Assembly (NCBI RefSeq): GCF_000372725.1
Contig: NW_005201092.1
Span: 408,564-472,563 of the forward strand
DNA: 64,000 nt
Source: Emiliania huxleyi CCMP1516
Lineage: Eukaryota
Direction of reading: 5' to 3'
Shown here: piece by piece, positions 47,580 through 58,200 of the stretch
Position numbering within the stretch: the first letter of the stretch is position 1
Layout of the letters: the number at the start of each line of letters is the position of its first letter
The notes under the pieces: model-generated
What the model was told of the DNA's origin: nothing
The model's database searches: none
The model's input: the letters and a program-made list of their open reading frames with translations, nothing else
Position numbers and translations under genes: made by a program

Positions 47580-47950
47580 GACTCTTGCCGCCAATCGTCA
47601 CCTCCAGTTTGTACCTCTTGCTGCCTCGCTCCTTTCGGCTGTAGCAGACGCCTTTGTAGTGAGTGTGTGTGTGTGTGTGTGTGCCTTTGTAGCCGCTGTT
47701 GATGTCGCTGCTAGTAGCCAGAGTCAGGCCCTCCGTCTCCGCCTGCTGTATCGCCTCGGCGCCAACGGCAGTGGGAGTGGTGCGTGCTGGTTGCAGCAGC
47801 TTGGCGGCGTCGGCGCGGCCGTACTCTGAGCGAGCGTAGGCGGTAGCCGCCTCTTTGGCGGTGTCGAAGTAGCCGAGGTGGACACTCTTGCCTCCATTTC
47901 TCACCCCCGCCTTGAACTTCTTTTTATCGCAGTCGTACTCGGGTACTGAC
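47580..47950 (-). pseudogene. AP2-domain repeat protein relic
   Basis: KFKAGVRNGGKSVHLGYFDTAKEAATAYAR and AETEGLTLATS..SGYKG..YKGV..RYKLEVTIGGK. It is interrupted by a (CA)n insert, truncated by a GT-rich tract, and has no clear start. Confidence 0.7.
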
Positions 47951-48091
47951 TGTCTTTGCGGACGGCCGCGGGCGGGATCAACACGAGACGCTCGGACACC
48001 TGTGGCTGGCAGCGGCTTCGCGCGAGCGGCGCCGTGGCCAAGAAAAATCTGGCTAACTTTTGACAACCAACAAGAAATCACGGCGATATCC

Positions 48092-51000
48092 ATGTCGATG
48101 CAGACTGTGCTGGCGGCCGTGCAGCAGGACGGCTTGGCGCTCGAGCAGGCCGCGGAACCGCTCCGCGCTGATCGCGAAATCGTGCTGTCGGCCGTGCGCC
48201 AGAATGGCTTGGCGCTCGAGTATGCTGCGGCTGCGCTGCGCGCGGATCACGACGTGGTGCTCGCTGCCACGACGCAGAACGGCGAAGCGCTGCAGTTTGC
48301 TGCGGATGAGTTGAGAGCGAATCCCTCCGAAGTCGAGCGCGTACTGGCGGCCGCGCTACGCCGCACGCAGGCGGAGCTTGCGACAGACCAGGCGGAGCTC
48401 GTCCAGTGGCGCTCCGGCCAAATCAGGCGCGAGCTCAAGATCGACGTCGATGACGACTCGATGGCGCCCGCTGTCATGACGAGCCACGACGAGTCGCCGG
48501 CGCGTGGGAGCAAGCGTCCCATTGCGCCGACTGCAGCAGCCTCGAGCCACCAGGCTGCTTTGCAGGATGTCAAAAAGGTGAAGCTGGAGCTGGCGACGCA
48601 ATTGCACGAGAGCGAGCAGCGGTATGGCGAGCTAGTGGGGAAGGGGCAAGAGTTCAACGAGGCGCGCGAGAGAGTCTTTAGCCAGCTCAGGGAGCGGTCC
48701 CCCCCGGGGGCAGGCTCAGCGGTGCCCTGGCGCGCGTTCGGCGAGATCGATCTGGGCAAGCTCATGGATCTCGGGCTGACGCAGGGGGATGCGGTTGGCC
48801 CCGCTACGGCGTGGCAGCAGGGGTTCTGGCTCTTGTCTCCGCCCGGGGAGGAGGAGGCAGCCGCCAGCGACGGCTGGCCTCCCTTCATCGCGTCGTGGGC
48901 CTTTCAAGAGCGCATCACGGTCGGCCCAGATGGCAAGCAGGAGGTGGCCTACTCTGTCCGTGAGGAGACTCAGGTGCTCAGGATTGAGCGGCGGATGCCC
49001 CCGGAGTATCGGGGCGAACCGCGCTACGATCAGTTCAAGAAGTCGGCGGCCTTCGTGAAGCACTTGCGGCGCAAGTACAACACCAAGGCCGATCGCATCC
49101 TCGGCTACCTGCTCGAAAAGTACGAGGAGTACGAGCGGCACAGCGGTGGCGTCGGCTTTAGCGGCTACTCCGTCATCTACAAGGTGTGGAACGAGGCGGA
49201 GAACCGAGAGATGTCTCTGGCCGAGATGGTCGCTTTGCTGCCTGCTCTCGTCGGCGAGCCGGCAGCGGCGGCGGGAGCGGCGGCGGCCGTAGAGACTCCA
49301 GCGGCTGAGGCGACGGACGGCGAGAGCGCGCCACCGTCAGCCGAGAGCGCGCCGCCGTCAGCGAATGCCGACCAGGCCGCCGTGAGCGCGACATCAGGCC
49401 CGGCCGATGAGGCGGAGGTGCTGGCACCGCCTGCTCCGGCGGCGGGAGCGACGGCGGAGGGAGCTACGGCGGAGGCTGCTGTTGTGGTGGCTGCTGCTGC
49501 TGCTGCTGCTGCTGCAGTGGCTCCGGCCGAGGAGCCGGCCGACAGTTCTCTTCGCTCCCGTTCATCCACCGGCGTTGCCGCTGCCGCTGCCGCTATGTCT
49601 GCCGCCGCCGCCGCCGCCGCTGCGGGGCGCCGTTTCCCGCCCTTGCGCACGGGTATGAAGGTTGAGGCGAAGTATGGTGGCGGCGCGAAGCACTACCCCG
49701 GCGAGATAGCACGCGACAATGGCGACGGCACATATGCCGTCAACTACGCTGACGGGGACACGGAGAGGGCGGTGCAGCGGCCGCTGATCAGGCCACTCGA
49801 GTCGATTTGGCGCGAGGGGCAGAGCGTCGAGGTGCTGGAGGCGGGCACAGGCCGCTATTTGCTCGGCACGATCACGGGTGAGAACCGCGGCGGTTTCCAA
49901 GTCGCCTTTGGCGACGGGCGCATCGAGCGGCGCGTGGTGGCGGAGAGGATGCGCGAAGCGGGGTCTCCGGAGGGTTCGGAGGGAGCGGGCGGTGAGGGCG
50001 GTGCCGCCTCGCCCACGGCTGAGGTGGGCGGCGCTTCGGGCCTGAGCGGGGTGGACTCGACAGAGGCGGGAGCTGCTGCGGCGGCTGCTGAGGAGGTTGA
50101 GAGCGGACCGCTGCTTTCATCGACGAGCGAGGCTGGCTCGGGAGTGGCTGTGGCCGAGGCGACCGGCGATGAGGCGGCCGGCAGCAGCGAGCCCGCTCCT
50201 GTCATCACGCTCCAGCAGATAATGAGGGAGATGAAGATGACGCCCAGCGGAGCGCAGCGCGGGAAGGGGCCCGTCGCAGAACGCCACCTTCTCGCCTACA
50301 AGTGCGCGCATCACGACCTCAAGAAGCGGTCGGGGCCGTGGGAGTGGGAGGTGGGTGATCCGGAGTTGGAGATGGTGCGGCAGTTCTTGCGTGACTATCG
50401 AGATCTGGGCGAGCGAATGCCGAGTGGCTGGAAGCAGGGCGAGCCAACCGCACCGCCAGACTCGAACTCCGCCGGCGCTGCTGACGGGTCCGCTGTCGCT
50501 GCCGCTGCCGCTGTCGCTGCCGAGCGCCCGCCGCGGACGCCGTCGGCGAGCAGCGCCCCGGATCAGGCAACGGCGGAGGCGGTGGCAGGTGGAGTGGGCG
50601 GCAGTGGGGGCGGCGGGAGCAGGGAGGGTGGCAGTGGGGGCGACAGCGGGAGTGGGGGCGGCGAGGGCGGCGCGGGCAGCAGCGCGAGCGGGAGTGGAGG
50701 CGGCGGAGGCAGCGCAGGTGGCAGCGGGAGTGGCAGTGTGAGTGGCAGCGGGGGCGGCAGCGGGGACGGCAGCGGGGGTGGCAGTGGGGGCGGCAGCGGA
50801 GGTAGCGCGGGCAGCAGCGCGGGCGGGAGCGCGACCGCATCTTCTGACAGCACCTCCTCCAACTCCGCCTCAGCGCAGCAGTTCTCCGAGGCGTTGCTAG
50901 CGAGTGCGAGAGCGGAGTTCGAAATGGACCGCAGGGAGGAGGCAGCCTGCGGATTTCTAGAGGAGCGGTGGCGCAAAGCGCTGCAGGGCAGCCTCTCGCT

Positions 51001-51823
51001 TGAGCAGTTTGCCGCGAGGGCCAGGAGCGCAGGTCTTTCCCGTGAGCTGTCTGAAGAGGAGCTCACGTGCGTCGCAAGAATCTACAACCAGCTTTCTGCA
51101 GCCTTGGGGTCGTCCTTCAACATCTCGATGGACGGCCCGAAGCGCGTGGCGCCGCTGGTTGCTTTCTTCGCAGTTGCGAAGGCGTCGCTGTGGGTCGTAA
51201 CCGGCCCCATTCTTGTTCTCGCTACCAAGCAGGAGGCGCAGCTGTGGCTGAGCGAGCTAGCGTCATTAGCGCCGAGCCTCAAGGTGACCGATTGCACTCT
51301 GGCCGAATTCAAGGATGAGCACAGCAAGGAACTGGCAGCGGGGAGGATTGCCGATTTATTCAAGTCCTGCACATCGGGCGTGGTTGTCGCGATGTACCCG
51401 CGCAACAGCGGGAGTGGATACAACGGCTGGAGGGATCTCGCAAGGCAACAATGGAACGTTGTCGTGTACGACCAGGCTTACTCCGCCTCAAGGAAGTCCG
51501 ACAAGATTACAGATAAGCTCTTCTCTTCCATCCCGTGCAGCTTGGGCCGAATCACGACTGGCGAGGAGAGTCTCAGCGACTATCGCTATCGCCGCTGGCA
51601 GTACCGCGTTTGGCGGCCCGCAAAAATGGAGATACCCCTCGGGCGGGACTTGGTCGAGCGCAGCTTCGTCGAAGCAAGCGATCGCATTCTAAATGCGCCG
51701 CCTCCCTACTCAACCTCCGAGAAGCCCTACATGAAACTGGCGCTAGCGCGGATGTACCATGAGATACTCACGAAGGTTGGCTGCATCGAAGCTGATGCGC
51801 CGGTACCTTCGGTCCTGGAGTGA
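48092..51823 (+). CDS. 1243-aa multidomain protein: DUF4116 repeats, coiled coil, XH-like domain, tandem Tudor-like domains, degenerate SNF2-like ATPase lobe
   Basis: Single uninterrupted ORF. VLAAVQQDGLALEQAAEPLRADREIVL; GEID..WPPF..SGYSVIYKVWNEAENREMSLAEMV; GMKVEAKYGGGAKHYPGEIARDNGDGTYAVNYADGDTE; GPILVLA..WLSELASLAPSLKV..WNVVVYDQAY. Confidence 0.8.
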   Translation: MSMQTVLAAVQQDGLALEQAAEPLRADREIVLSAVRQNGLALEYAAAALRADHDVVLAATTQNGEALQFAADELRANPSEVERVLAAALRRTQAELATDQAELVQWRSGQIRRELKIDVDDDSMAPAVMTSHDESPARGSKRPIAPTAAASSHQAALQDVKKVKLELATQLHESEQRYGELVGKGQEFNEARERVFSQLRERSPPGAGSAVPWRAFGEIDLGKLMDLGLTQGDAVGPATAWQQGFWLLSPPGEEEAAASDGWPPFIASWAFQERITVGPDGKQEVAYSVREETQVLRIERRMPPEYRGEPRYDQFKKSAAFVKHLRRKYNTKADRILGYLLEKYEEYERHSGGVGFSGYSVIYKVWNEAENREMSLAEMVALLPALVGEPAAAAGAAAAVETPAAEATDGESAPPSAESAPPSANADQAAVSATSGPADEAEVLAPPAPAAGATAEGATAEAAVVVAAAAAAAAAVAPAEEPADSSLRSRSSTGVAAAAAAMSAAAAAAAAGRRFPPLRTGMKVEAKYGGGAKHYPGEIARDNGDGTYAVNYADGDTERAVQRPLIRPLESIWREGQSVEVLEAGTGRYLLGTITGENRGGFQVAFGDGRIERRVVAERMREAGSPEGSEGAGGEGGAASPTAEVGGASGLSGVDSTEAGAAAAAAEEVESGPLLSSTSEAGSGVAVAEATGDEAAGSSEPAPVITLQQIMREMKMTPSGAQRGKGPVAERHLLAYKCAHHDLKKRSGPWEWEVGDPELEMVRQFLRDYRDLGERMPSGWKQGEPTAPPDSNSAGAADGSAVAAAAAVAAERPPRTPSASSAPDQATAEAVAGGVGGSGGGGSREGGSGGDSGSGGGEGGAGSSASGSGGGGGSAGGSGSGSVSGSGGGSGDGSGGGSGGGSGGSAGSSAGGSATASSDSTSSNSASAQQFSEALLASARAEFEMDRREEAACGFLEERWRKALQGSLSLEQFAARARSAGLSRELSEEELTCVARIYNQLSAALGSSFNISMDGPKRVAPLVAFFAVAKASLWVVTGPILVLATKQEAQLWLSELASLAPSLKVTDCTLAEFKDEHSKELAAGRIADLFKSCTSGVVVAMYPRNSGSGYNGWRDLARQQWNVVVYDQAYSASRKSDKITDKLFSSIPCSLGRITTGEESLSDYRYRRWQYRVWRPAKMEIPLGRDLVERSFVEASDRILNAPPPYSTSEKPYMKLALARMYHEILTKVGCIEADAPVPSVLE

Positions 51824-51905
51824 TCCTGTGTGTATATCTGTTTAAAGGAAGAAACAATAGACATCTCCATGCATGCTACAAACAAAAGACTGCGGTAGAG
51901 ACTGG

Positions 51906-52197
51906 TCACACCCGCACAAACGGCGTCGTGTTTGTCGGCACGCGGCCCGCCGCCCCGCGCGCCGGCGCGAGCCCCGACACCGCGCGCATGGTGGCGGACG
52001 CCACGGCGGCGGAGACGCGCGGGTCGGCCGGCGGCGCGCGCGGCTGCGGCGAGTTTGGCGCCTCCGCCTCGAGCGGCGCGCTGAGCGGCGCGCGGCGGCG
52101 CGGCGAGGGAGGGGTCTGCTGCGGCTTGTCGTCGCCGGCAAAGAGGTTCTCCTTCTCCGGAGGGGACATGCCGCGGCCTCCTCCTCCCGCCGCCGCC

Positions 52198-52235
<38 letters not shown>

Positions 52236-55200
52236 CCCGGCCGGCGTGGCTGGCGGCGGTGGCGGCGTGCGCCACGACACGGGCGGGGAGGGCGCGGCGA
52301 CGGGCCTCGCAGGCGTGGCGGAGGGGCGGTCCGTCGACCCGCCGACCGCCGCCGGCTCCGCGGTCGCGGCGGCGCCTTCGCGGCGCTGGGTGCGCGCGGG
52401 CGTCCGCGCGTGCGTCGCGGTGTCGAGCGGCGCCATCGGCACGTGCAGCCTGAGCGGCGGCACGCCCTCCCCCTCCCGCGCCCGTCCCGCAACCCTCGCC
52501 GCCTGGCCGGGGGCCGACGTCGGTGGAGTCGCGTGCGGCTGCGGGGGGGACGCCGACGCGCGGCGCTCCCGCTGCAGCTGCGCGTGCAGCCGCAGGCCGT
52601 ACCGCACCTGCTCGTCCAGACACGGCCGAGACTCAGGTCGAGAGTCAGGCCGAGGTTCCGCCCGAGGTGTAGCGGAGGGGGGCAATGCACAGCCGACAGG
52701 TAGCCGAGAGGCAGCCGGGACGCACAGCCGAAACGGCACGCGCCTGCTCGTCCAGCGCCGCCGCGTCCTCCGCGCGCCGCTCCTCGCTCAGCCGCAGCGC
52801 GCGACGCAGCTCCGCCGCCTCCGCCTCCGCGCCCGGCCGCTCTGGACGCTCCGGCGACGCCGACGCCGACACTGACGCCGCCCGCGCCGCCCGCAGCGCT
52901 GCCACCTCCGCCCGCGCGTCGGCCAGCCGCCGCTCGAACGCCTCCCTCTCCACCGCCGCCAGCCCGCCGCCGCGCACCGCCTCGCGAGGGTCCCGCGGGG
53001 CCGCCACCGCCGCCGCCGCCGCCGCCTCGCCCTCCGCCCTGACAGCGGCGAGCGCCGCCTCCGCCTCCGCCGCCTCGTCGCGCAAGCGCCGGCGTAATGT
53101 GGCGGCGGCGGCCTCGAGGGTGGAGCAGTGCGCACGCAGCCGCTCCGCCTCCGCCGCCTGCGCCCTCTCCCTCTCCGTGGCTTGCGCTCTCGCCCGCTCG
53201 AGCTCCGCCACCTGCTCACAGTCAGCAGGTGTGAAGAGAGGGGCGGCTCTTCTCGCACCGCCCGCGCACGCCCTCTCGCCCACCTTCCGCTCTCGCTCCT
53301 TCGCCTGCCGCTCGTGCGACGCGAGGGCGAGCGCGGCCGCCTGTTCGCACCACCAGCCGTGAAGCGACGCTCACAGGCGGGCGGCACCAGCCGAGGCGCG
53401 GCGGGCCGACTCCGCAGCAGCGGCGCGCTCGTCCGCCGCGGCGCGTGCCTCGTACTGCCGCCTCCGCTCCGCCTACCCGGGCCGCGAGGCGAACGGTGAG
53501 GACACCCCCGCCCCAACCGCAGTGTCTCTGTGCCCGGCGACGCTCGTCTCGCCTCCACAGACGCCGCGCGCGCCTCCGCCTCCTCTCGCCGCCGCTCCGC
53601 CGCTGCCGCCCGCGCCTCAGAGCCGCTGCGAGCCGCCGCCGCCGCCTCGGCGCGCGCCGCCGCCGCCACCGCAGCCTCGGCCGCCGCCGCCTCGGACCGC
53701 TGCGCCGCCGCCTCGCGCTGCTCCGCCACCTGCTCACACACCCACACCCCGTGTGTGAAGAGACGCCCTCCGCGGCTGCGCCGCCGCCCCTCCTCCCCCC
53801 AACACCGTGTGGTGCGCGCGCAGCTCCTGCCGTAAGCCCGCCGCCTCGCCCTCCGCCGACGCCGCCCGCCGCCGCAGCCCTTCTTGCGCCTCGACCGCCG
53901 CTGCCTGCCTCGCCGACGACCTCTGCCGCTCGACCACCAGCTCCTCCGCCGACGCCGCCACCGCAGCGGCCGACTCTGCAGCCGCGGCAGCCGCCTCCTC
54001 CCTCGCCGCCCACGCGCGCACCGCCTCCGCCTCCGCCACGCCAATCTCCGCCGCCGCCGTCGCCGCCGTCGCCGCCGCCGCCTCGGCCGCCGCCGTTGCA
54101 GCCGCCGTTGCAGCCGCCTCGGCGGACAACAGCGCCGCCTTGCCCTCCACCAACGCGCCGCTCGCACGCTGCAGCGCGACGCCTAGGGTCGCCGAAGCCG
54201 CGTGGTGAGAGAGAGGGGGGAAGAGGAGAGAGAGAGGAGAGAGAGGAGAGAGAGAAGAGAGAGAGGAGGGAAGGGAAGAGAGGCGAGAGAGGAGGGCGAG
54301 AGAGGGAGGGGTGTGTAGAGAGACACGAGAGAGAAGAGCGACAGAGAGAGAGCGCCGCACCGAACGTCTCCCCCTCCCGCTCCGCCTGCCGCAACGACGC
54401 ACTCAGCACGTCGCAGCGGCATCGCTCCGCCGCCGCCACCTCGGCCGCCGCCGCCGCCGCCGCCGCCTCCGCCGCCACCAGCTCCGCCGCACGCTCCTCC
54501 GCCACGGCCCTCGCCTCCACCGCCGCCGCCGCTGTGGCCGCCGCCGCCGTCGCCTCGGCGCGCGCCACCGCTCGGGCCGCCTCCGCCATCGCCGCCTCCT
54601 CCGCCCTCGCCGCCGCCCTCGCCGCCGCCTCTCGCCGCGCCTCGTCGCTCGCCTGTTCACAGCAGGGCGTGTGAATAGGCGCTGTTCACAGGAGGGCCTC
54701 AAGCCACGTCGCCGACTCGCCGCCGCCGCCGCCACCGCGGCCGCCACCTGCGACTGCGCCGCCGCAGCTCGCGCCGCCGCATCCCTCCTGGCCGCCTCGA
54801 GGCTGCCCTCAAGCGCGGACGCACGCGCGGCGGCCTCGCGGACCGTCGCCTCCGCCGCGCCCAGCGACGCGTCCCTCTCCTGCACCTCCGCCTCGGTCCG
54901 CCGCAACTCCGCCTCGGTCCGCCGCAACTCCGCCTCGGTCCGCCGCAACTCCGCCTCGGTCCGCCGCAAGTCCGCCTCGGTCCGCCGCAGCGACTCGGCC
55001 GCGTCTTGCTGCGCCGCGCTCGACCGCCGCAACGCCGCCTCCGCCTCCTCGTTCGCACGCTCCGAAGCGGCAGCGCGCGCCGACAGGCCGGCGGCATGCT
55101 CCGCCGCCTCCTCCGCCGCGCGCGCCGCCTCCGCTCTCTCCTCCTCCAGCCTGCGCCGCAGCTCGGCCACCTCGAGGCCCTCCGCCAGCGCCGCGCGAAC

Positions 55201-58200
55201 CACGTCCACGCCCGAGGCCTCCGCAGCGACAAGGGAGCCCGCCGAAGCCGCCGCGGCGGCCGCCCGCCTCGGGCAGGCGCCGCGCACCTACCAATCAACA
55301 CACCACCGAGTCAATCACCGCATCACTCAACGTCTCCAGCCTCTCACGGCACGGGGCAAGCACCACGGGCGGTGTCGCGGCCTCGTCGAGCGCCTCGCGC
55401 AGCACGCCGCCCAACGGCGCGGTGGTGGGCGGCGGCGAGCGGAGCGGAGTGCCGCTCCAGCCGACCTGCGGCGGCATGCGGACGAGAGCGCCCTGAGGCG
55501 GGCTTGGTGGCGCGGCAGCCGCCACCGCGAGACCTGCGGCGGCGGCGCCGCTAACGGCGCCGCCTCGCCCCCCTGCCTCGTCCGCCTCGTCCGCCTCGGC
55601 CGCCTCGCGCGCCTCCAGCTCCGCCTCGCGACGAGTGAGGGCCTGCTGCAGCGCCTGGGCAGCCGGGGGNNNNNNNNNNNNNNNNNNNNNNNNNNNNNNN
55701 NNNNNNNNNNNNNNNNNNNNNNNNNNNNNNNNNNNNNNNNNNNNNNNNNNNNNNNNNNNNNNNNNNNNNGGGGGGGGGGGGGGGGCTTGGTCTGGTGTGG
55801 GGACGGCCCGCCTGCAGCGCGCGGAAGTAGTGGTTGAGCCGCGCCGCACGCCCCTCCGCGCCCGGCTCCGCCAGCGAAGCCACGGAGCCGAGTCGCGCCT
55901 GCACGAGTTGGAGTTGATACTCACGAGTCACGGGGCAGCGTGAAACGTCCCCAGCACTCCTCTCGGCTGCTCTCGGCTGCTCTTGGCTCCTCTCGGCCCC
56001 TCTCGGCCCCTCTCGGCCCCTCTCGGCCCCTCTCGGCCCCTCTCGGCCCATCTCGGCCCATCTCGGCTCATCCCGCGCCGAGCGTCGCCAATAAGCCAGG
56101 CAGCGACGCAGCGAGGAGCGCGGCGCCCGAGCGGCCGCGTGATTGTCGGCGATCACCACCGCCACCCGCGCCTTCGCCCTGTGGCCCGCGGCGATCCGCC
56201 ACCTCCCCACGGCCGCCTGCTCGCGTCGCAGCGCCCTTCGCTGCCCCGCCCACCGCACACACGCCGCGGCGGTGGCGCGGTGCTCCGCAGCCGACGCCGA
56301 GAGGGCAGCCCAGTGGCGGAGTCCGCAAAGGAGAGACGCGCGCGACGCGGCGGCCGACGCCTACACCACCCGCCCGACTCGCGGCTCAATCTCTCGGCCG
56401 AATCTCGCGCTCGGCGTGCCGCGTCCCGCAGCCGCGCCTTCCGGCAGAGCGCGCGATCTGAGGGCGGCGCCGCGCGCCAGCGACGCCAGTGCCGCCGTGC
56501 CGCCGCCGCAGCCGCCGCCGCAGCCGCTCGGGAGGCGAGCTGCTCTCCCCGCTGCGCTCGGCCGAGAAAGAGCGTCCACGAGGCGAAGGCGGCGGCGCTC
56601 GCCCGCCGACCCGCGCGCGCGCGCACGGAGGCGGCGGCGGCGCTCGATGCGGCGGCGGCGCGCAGCACGCGCAGCACGCCCCGCCGCCGCCTCCTCTGCA
56701 CAGTCACTGCAGCGGCGTGGGCGAGAGCGCAGCAGCGGAGGCTGTGCGTGCGGCGGCTGGCGGCGGCGCTCCTCCAAGCGAGCAGCAGCGCCCTGCGCGG
56801 GTCAGAGAGGGGGCGGGCGCGCCGCCGCATCTCGAGGCGGGAAGCAGCGGCCGCCGCCCACAGCCGGAGAGCGCAGCGCAGCCCGTGCGAGCCGGCCGCC
56901 TCCCTCTGCCGCTTCTCGGCCAGCCTCGCCGCCGTGCGCTGCACACACCGCCGCCGCCACGCCCGCACCGCCGCGCGCGGCAACACCCGCGACCGCGCTG
57001 TTCGGCTGGCGAACGCGCCGGAACGCGCGTCGAGCGCCCAGCGGCCAAAGGCGGCGACGACCGCCCTCTCTCCGCTCTTGCGCCGGGTGAGGGCGGCGGC
57101 CTTGCCAGACTCTCTGTCAGAGAACGCTTGCATCCGCCAGAGGCGAAAAGCCGACGCCGCGGCGCGCGATCGCACCGCGGCGGCGGATGCGGCGAGCGCG
57201 CGCCTCATGTCGGCGCGCCGACGCGCCTCCACGCGCAATGCGGCGTACGCGGCGGCGAGTGCTGATCCCGCCGCCAGCTGAGTAGCCCACTGGCAAACTG
57301 CTCGGCGAGCCGCGTGTGCGCACAGAGCGCGGAGCGCGCGCCGCGGCGCCAGCCGACTGATCTCAGAGTGCGCCGTCGCCGCGGAGCGGGTGCGGGACCC
57401 CTCTCGTGCGGCGGCGAGGCGCCACTCGGCGAGGCTGCGCGCCAGGCGGCGAGCGAGAGTCGAGTGCGCAGCGACGCGCTCCAGGCGAGAGCGCGACCGC
57501 CGACGCGCAGCAAACGCCGCCCACGCCTCCACCGCCTGCCTGCAGCGGCCAGCCGGTGCCCAGCGCGGGGTCTGGCCGGCAAGCGGGTGGGACGCGGCGG
57601 CGGCGGAGAGGGCTAGCGCCGCCCGAGACGCGCCTTGCCAGCGGCGCAGCGCGCAGCCGCAGGACTGCCGTGCCGCCGCCATCGCCGCGGCAGACGAGAG
57701 CGAGATGAGGCGCTCGCTCCTGCGTCCGCTCCGGCGCCACGTGGCAATCGCGGCCGCGGCTCGCCTCGTGGCCGCCGCCATCGCCGCGGCAGACGAGAGC
57801 GAAATGAGGCGCTCGCTCCTGCGTCCGCTCCGGCGCCACGTGGCAATCGCGGCCGCGGCTCGCCTCGTGGCCGCCGCCATCGCCGCGGCAGACGAGAGCG
57901 AGATGAGGCGCTCGCTCCTGCGTCCGCTCCGGCGCCACGTGGCAATCGCGGCCGCGGCTCGCCTCGTGCCGAGGCGAAGGGCGAGCGAGTGCGCGGCCGC
58001 CGACCGAGCGGATCTCGCGGTGGCGTGCCGCCGCGCCGCCTCCAGCGCGTCGAAGCCGCGAGCGAGAGAGCGACGGCAGAGAGTGTGGTGGGGGGTCGCC
58101 TGCTGCAGCGCCGACCACCGGCGCACCGCCCGCCGCACCGTCCACCGCTGGCTGCGCGCAGCCAGCACGGCAGTGAGGCGGCGGCGCGTCTCCTCCCTCT

